Source: an uncultured virus (IMG/VR IMGVR_UViG_3300021140_000006) (taxonomy: Duplodnaviria > Heunggongvirae > Uroviricota > Caudoviricetes). Taken from it: a DNA stretch of 20,000 nucleotides. Position numbers and translations under genes: made by a program. The stretch's first letter is position 1; each line of letters opens with the position of its first letter. The stretch lies in the IMG/VR virus record IMGVR_UViG_3300021140_000006; one strand, 5' to 3'. Below, piece after piece: positions 16,705 through 20,000 of this stretch. Under the pieces are notes generated by a model. It did no database searches, was not told where the DNA came from, and worked only from the letters and a program-made list of their open reading frames with translations.

Positions 16705-19700
16705 GTGGCAGATACATCAGCAACTAATCCAGGTACTACTTCTACCCAAACATCAACTACTCCTACCAATTCAGCAGATATGGTAGCAAGAGATTTGGCT
16801 AAAGCTGCATTACAAGCAGCTCTAGTTCCTCCAGTGGTTACTATAGATTCTAGTGCTACATACAATACATCAACAACTCAATCCCAAGTTGGGTTAGGAT
16901 TCTCGTCTACACAATCCACATTCAATACTAATCTTGGAGAAAAAGTAGTTGATACTTCTCTATTGACAACTATCCAATCAAGAAATGTTTATTTTTCAGC
17001 ATATCATCTAAAACCACTTACTAGATTGTACGCATTCTTTGATAATGTAAATGTTTCAGAATATGTTGATTCTGCTTATAGAATAGTATTAAACAAAGTA
17101 GTTCATACTAACAGATCTAAAACTTTTTCAAGAACCAATAGTAATGTTGAAGTGTTATTTGCTAAAGGTACTACCATTTATGTTAATCAAACTCCGATTA
17201 TCAGTACTAATGCAAATGGTTATCTCGAAGCTACTAATACCTTTTCTTGGGATGGTATAACCTATACTGTTGTCTCTGCTAGTAAATCCACTACACTGAC
17301 TACTGACGAGAATGGTTATATTGCTGGCACGTTCATGATTCCTTCAAAGAAATTTAATACAGGAACAAGACCATTTCTATTATGTGATAGTTCTACCAAT
17401 AATGGCGTAGAAATAACAACATCTGCCGAATTCATGTATTATGCTAGTGGTATGTCTGTGTCTAAACAATCACAAACATTATCTACTAGAATCAATCAAG
17501 TTACTATCAATCCAATGTTGAAGTCCTCGACGACTGAAGTAGCGGGAACTTCTATTGCACCTCAAGCAGTATCAGCAGTCAATCCAGTGGTTATTACCGT
17601 TGACCAAACTGCACCATATATTATCAATTATTCTCCATCAAAAGGTGCTACTGGAGTTTCAATTTCATCTAATATTGTTTTTACATTCGATGATACCGTA
17701 GTTGCTAATGCTGGCACAGTAACATTAACCAAATCCAATGGTACTGTTATTCCTTCTACCGCAGTGTTATCAGGTGGGAATACTCTTACAGTAACTCCAA
17801 CAAAAACATTGGATAAAAGTACAGTATATCAGGTTAACATTCCTACTGATTATGTAAGAGATTCTACTGGTAATAAATTTCCAGGTAGTACTGATTACCA
17901 GATTACTACAGAACTTCCTGTTGTAATACCTAAACCAATTTATAATTCAACTGTCGTCAATACTACAATATATGAAGGTGCTCAAGCTTCAGTAATATTC
18001 AAGATGACCAATGTTGCAGTTGGTACTAAACTTTATTACAGTGTCGTTCCTGTATCTTCTACATTGAATACTAGTGATTTTGCATCTACATCAAACTCAT
18101 ATAGTGGATTCTTTATAGTTGATTCAACTTATCAAAATACAGTGCGTCTCGATACTACTAGTAGTGATGGTACAGAATCACCAGAAAAATTTAATATTCA
18201 ATTGTACGAAACCTTAGGAAGTGCTGCAGTACATTCTACAGAAACTATAACAATATTAGACCTTCCTATATCTCCTTATGTAACTACTACATTCAGTGCA
18301 TATTCCATCATGGAAGGAAACTCTACTACTGGTACAATTTCTTCAAATCTATTGAACACAGAGTTGTATTGGAAAATAATCAATGTATTTGGAATAGACA
18401 GTGTTGATTTTATAGATATTCCGATGAACGGTTCAGTAATTACTAATAATCTTGGGACTGCTACTTTACCGACATTCTTCGTGAATAAAGATAGTACAAT
18501 AGAAGACGTTGAGAAATTTGCTGTAGAGATTTACTCAGATGCAAACCAAACAAATCTTGTCCACACTTCTCCAAATTTAAATGTTATAGATTATAAGAAA
18601 ACATTTGATTCATTAGAAGTTCAAGCTTCAATTCCAGATTGGGTGAGTACTACATTCTCTAATAATACCGTGAATGAAGGTGCTTCTACTCAAATCTATA
18701 TTAGATCCAATTTACCAAATACTAAATTATATGGTAAATTTATTGATGTTAGCACTGGAGGAATAACTTCCACAGATCTTGGTGGATATTTGATACAAGG
18801 TACTGATGGCTCGGGCCACGTGACGTTTTCTATTACTACTGATAGCAATGGCAATTTTGATTCTAGTATATCTATGTCTAGTGATGGTGTAGTCGAAAAT
18901 ACAGAAAAATTCGCTATCAACTTTTATAAAGATTCATTAACTGGAACTCTATTACATACATCAGGATCTGTTATTATATACGATTCAAATAGTATCCCAC
19001 CAACTGCTACTGTTGTAACTAATTTTACATCAAATACTTTAACAGAAGGCCAATCTACTACTTGTACTTTAACTAGTAATTTATTAAGCACGACATTATA
19101 TTGGAGTGTTATCGATACTAGTACAGGCGGTGTAAATTCAGCTGACTTCTTGTCTGGAACTTTGACTGGAACCATTACCACTAATAGTTCTGGATCCGCA
19201 ACTCTTCCTATATTTACTACTAATCCTGACGTTCTTATTGAAGGCACAGAAAAATTCTCTATCAATTTCTTTACTGGTAGTTTGAGTGGAACTTTAGTAC
19301 ACACATCTTCAAGTGTTGCTATTTTTGACACAGCTACTACCCCTCCAGATTTCGTCAATTCTGGTTTTAGTTCTTATACTTTGACAGAAGGCCAATCTAC
19401 TACTTGTTCATTGAATACCAATTTAAAAAATACAACATTATATTGGACAGTTGTTGATATTGGTGCTAGTGGTACTAATGCAGCGGATTTCCTTTCTGGA
19501 TCTTTAACTGGTACAGTGCTTACTGATAGTTCTGGTGGTGCAATCTTACCAATATTTAATACAAATACAGACACCAATGTAGAAGGAACTGAACAATGGG
19601 CTGTCGAAATTCGCAAAAATTCGACGAGTGGAACTTTACTTCATACTACATCTACAGTATCAGTATATAATGCTGCAGTTCCATCAGCAGCAGCCGACTT

Positions 19701-20000
19701 TGTCAATTCTGGTTTTAGTTCATATATTTTGACCGAAGGCCAATCTACTACTTGTACTTTAACTAGTAACCAATACAATTCTACTTTATATTGGACAGTT
19801 GTTGATATTAGTGCTAGTGGTACCAATGCAACAGACTTCTTGTCTGGATCTTTAACTGGAACAGTAGTTACTGATAGTTCTGGATCAGGTACTTTACCGA
19901 TATTTACTACTAATACAGATGCAACTGTAGAAACTACAGAACAATGGGCTATCGAAATTCGTAAGACATCTCTATCAGGAACTTTACTTCATACTACATC
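16705..20000 (+). CDS. VrlC/DUF4815-type protein, C-terminal part, with a Big_5-like domain and tandem Calx-beta-like Ig repeats; runs off the window (not in the ORF track)
   Basis: Manually translated from GTG 16705 with no stop seen to 20000: MADTSATNPG...LGEKVVD...IQSRNVYF...LKPLTRLYAFFDNVNV...LTTDENG.IAGTF.IP...F.TGTR.F.L.D...A...YYASG...STR (DUF4815 continuation), then DQTAPYIINYSPSKGATGV...NIVFTFD...TLTVTP...L...TVYQV.I....VRD..GN (Big_5-like, 17602-17910), then Ig repeats. Confidence 0.85.
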   Translation, partial: MADTSATNPGTTSTQTSTTPTNSADMVARDLAKAALQAALVPPVVTIDSSATYNTSTTQSQVGLGFSSTQSTFNTNLGEKVVDTSLLTTIQSRNVYFSAYHLKPLTRLYAFFDNVNVSEYVDSAYRIVLNKVVHTNRSKTFSRTNSNVEVLFAKGTTIYVNQTPIISTNANGYLEATNTFSWDGITYTVVSASKSTTLTTDENGYIAGTFMIPSKKFNTGTRPFLLCDSSTNNGVEITTSAEFMYYASGMSVSKQSQTLSTRINQVTINPMLKSSTTEVAGTSIAPQAVSAVNPVVITVDQTAPYIINYSPSKGATGVSISSNIVFTFDDTVVANAGTVTLTKSNGTVIPSTAVLSGGNTLTVTPTKTLDKSTVYQVNIPTDYVRDSTGNKFPGSTDYQITTELPVVIPKPIYNSTVVNTTIYEGAQASVIFKMTNVAVGTKLYYSVVPVSSTLNTSDFASTSNSYSGFFIVDSTYQNTVRLDTTSSDGTESPEKFNIQLYETLGSAAVHSTETITILDLPISPYVTTTFSAYSIMEGNSTTGTISSNLLNTELYWKIINVFGIDSVDFIDIPMNGSVITNNLGTATLPTFFVNKDSTIEDVEKFAVEIYSDANQTNLVHTSPNLNVIDYKKTFDSLEVQASIPDWVSTTFSNNTVNEGASTQIYIRSNLPNTKLYGKFIDVSTGGITSTDLGGYLIQGTDGSGHVTFSITTDSNGNFDSSISMSSDGVVENTEKFAINFYKDSLTGTLLHTSGSVIIYDSNSIPPTATVVTNFTSNTLTEGQSTTCTLTSNLLSTTLYWSVIDTSTGGVNSADFLSGTLTGTITTNSSGSATLPIFTTNPDVLIEGTEKFSINFFTGSLSGTLVHTSSSVAIFDTATTPPDFVNSGFSSYTLTEGQSTTCSLNTNLKNTTLYWTVVDIGASGTNAADFLSGSLTGTVLTDSSGGAILPIFNTNTDTNVEGTEQWAVEIRKNSTSGTLLHTTSTVSVYNAAVPSAAADFVNSGFSSYILTEGQSTTCTLTSNQYNSTLYWTVVDISASGTNATDFLSGSLTGTVVTDSSGSGTLPIFTTNTDATVETTEQWAIEIRKTSLSGTLLHTT
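17941..20000 (+). repeat. At least six tandem Calx-beta-like Ig domains of about 110-116 aa
   Basis: Units share (I/L)xEG.S....(T)N....LYW......DF....(L)TG......G......D...E..E(K/Q)(F/W).I........L.HT...V.I.D. Approximate starts: 17941, 18271, 18637, 19009, 19348, 19696. GAAGGCCAATCTACTACTTGT recurs at 19045, 19387 and 19735 (periods 342 and 348 nt). Confidence 0.85.

Noticed and set aside
3632..16716. Shared start (A/G)TGGCAGAT.CA (MAD) of both downstream split halves as a recombination or splicing signal
   Set aside because: Met-Ala starts are common in phage late genes (PAAR and gp6 here also begin MA), and the match is too short to be meaningful.
16560..16900. Split intein joining the DUF4815 halves (also considered for gp5)
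   Set aside because: No Cys/Ser-initiated intein N block near the end of the upstream ORFs, and no His-Asn-(Cys/Ser/Thr) block near the start of the downstream ORFs.
690..19826. Short minus-strand ORFs in the track (e.g. 690-998, 2153-2542, 4565-5685, 6099-6287, 12260-12502, 16620-16865, 18696-19826) and + strand 5760-5960
   Set aside because: These are shadows of long coding genes with biased codon use. Those at 18696-19826 simply mirror the + strand repeat ORF missing from the track.
19009..20000. Diversity-generating retroelement TR/VR pair or CRISPR array
   Set aside because: The repeats are in-frame 342-348-nt coding units with differences at all base types, many synonymous. There is no adenine-specific pattern, no reverse transcriptase and no repeat-spacer structure.

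Overview
AT-rich window from a large T4-like (Tevenvirinae/cyanomyovirus-style) myophage, covering the late baseplate operon, all on the + strand. Gene order: gp48 (3' end), gp53, baseplate hub (gp27-like), a free-standing GIY-YIG/NUMOD3 homing endonuclease, gp5 in two ORFs, PAAR (gp5.4), gp25, gp6, gp7, a small conserved structural gene, gp8, and a VrlC/DUF4815-type giant baseplate protein also in two ORFs. The second DUF4815 ORF (16705 to beyond the window, missing from the ORF track) carries a Big_5-like domain and at least six Calx-beta-like Ig repeats. Most unusual points: (1) gp5 is split exactly at a T5-TAG site where a -1 slip would fuse the halves; (2) the spike carries both a GH19-like glycosidase and a C-terminal M15 peptidase; (3) a consensus sigma70 promoter inside an 18-bp inverted repeat points antisense into the spike gene; (4) the DUF4815 split has matched AAC codons flanking a 37-nt gap; (5) the Ig-repeat array looks recently expanded and mosaic. 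All family assignments come from motif recognition by eye, not database searches.
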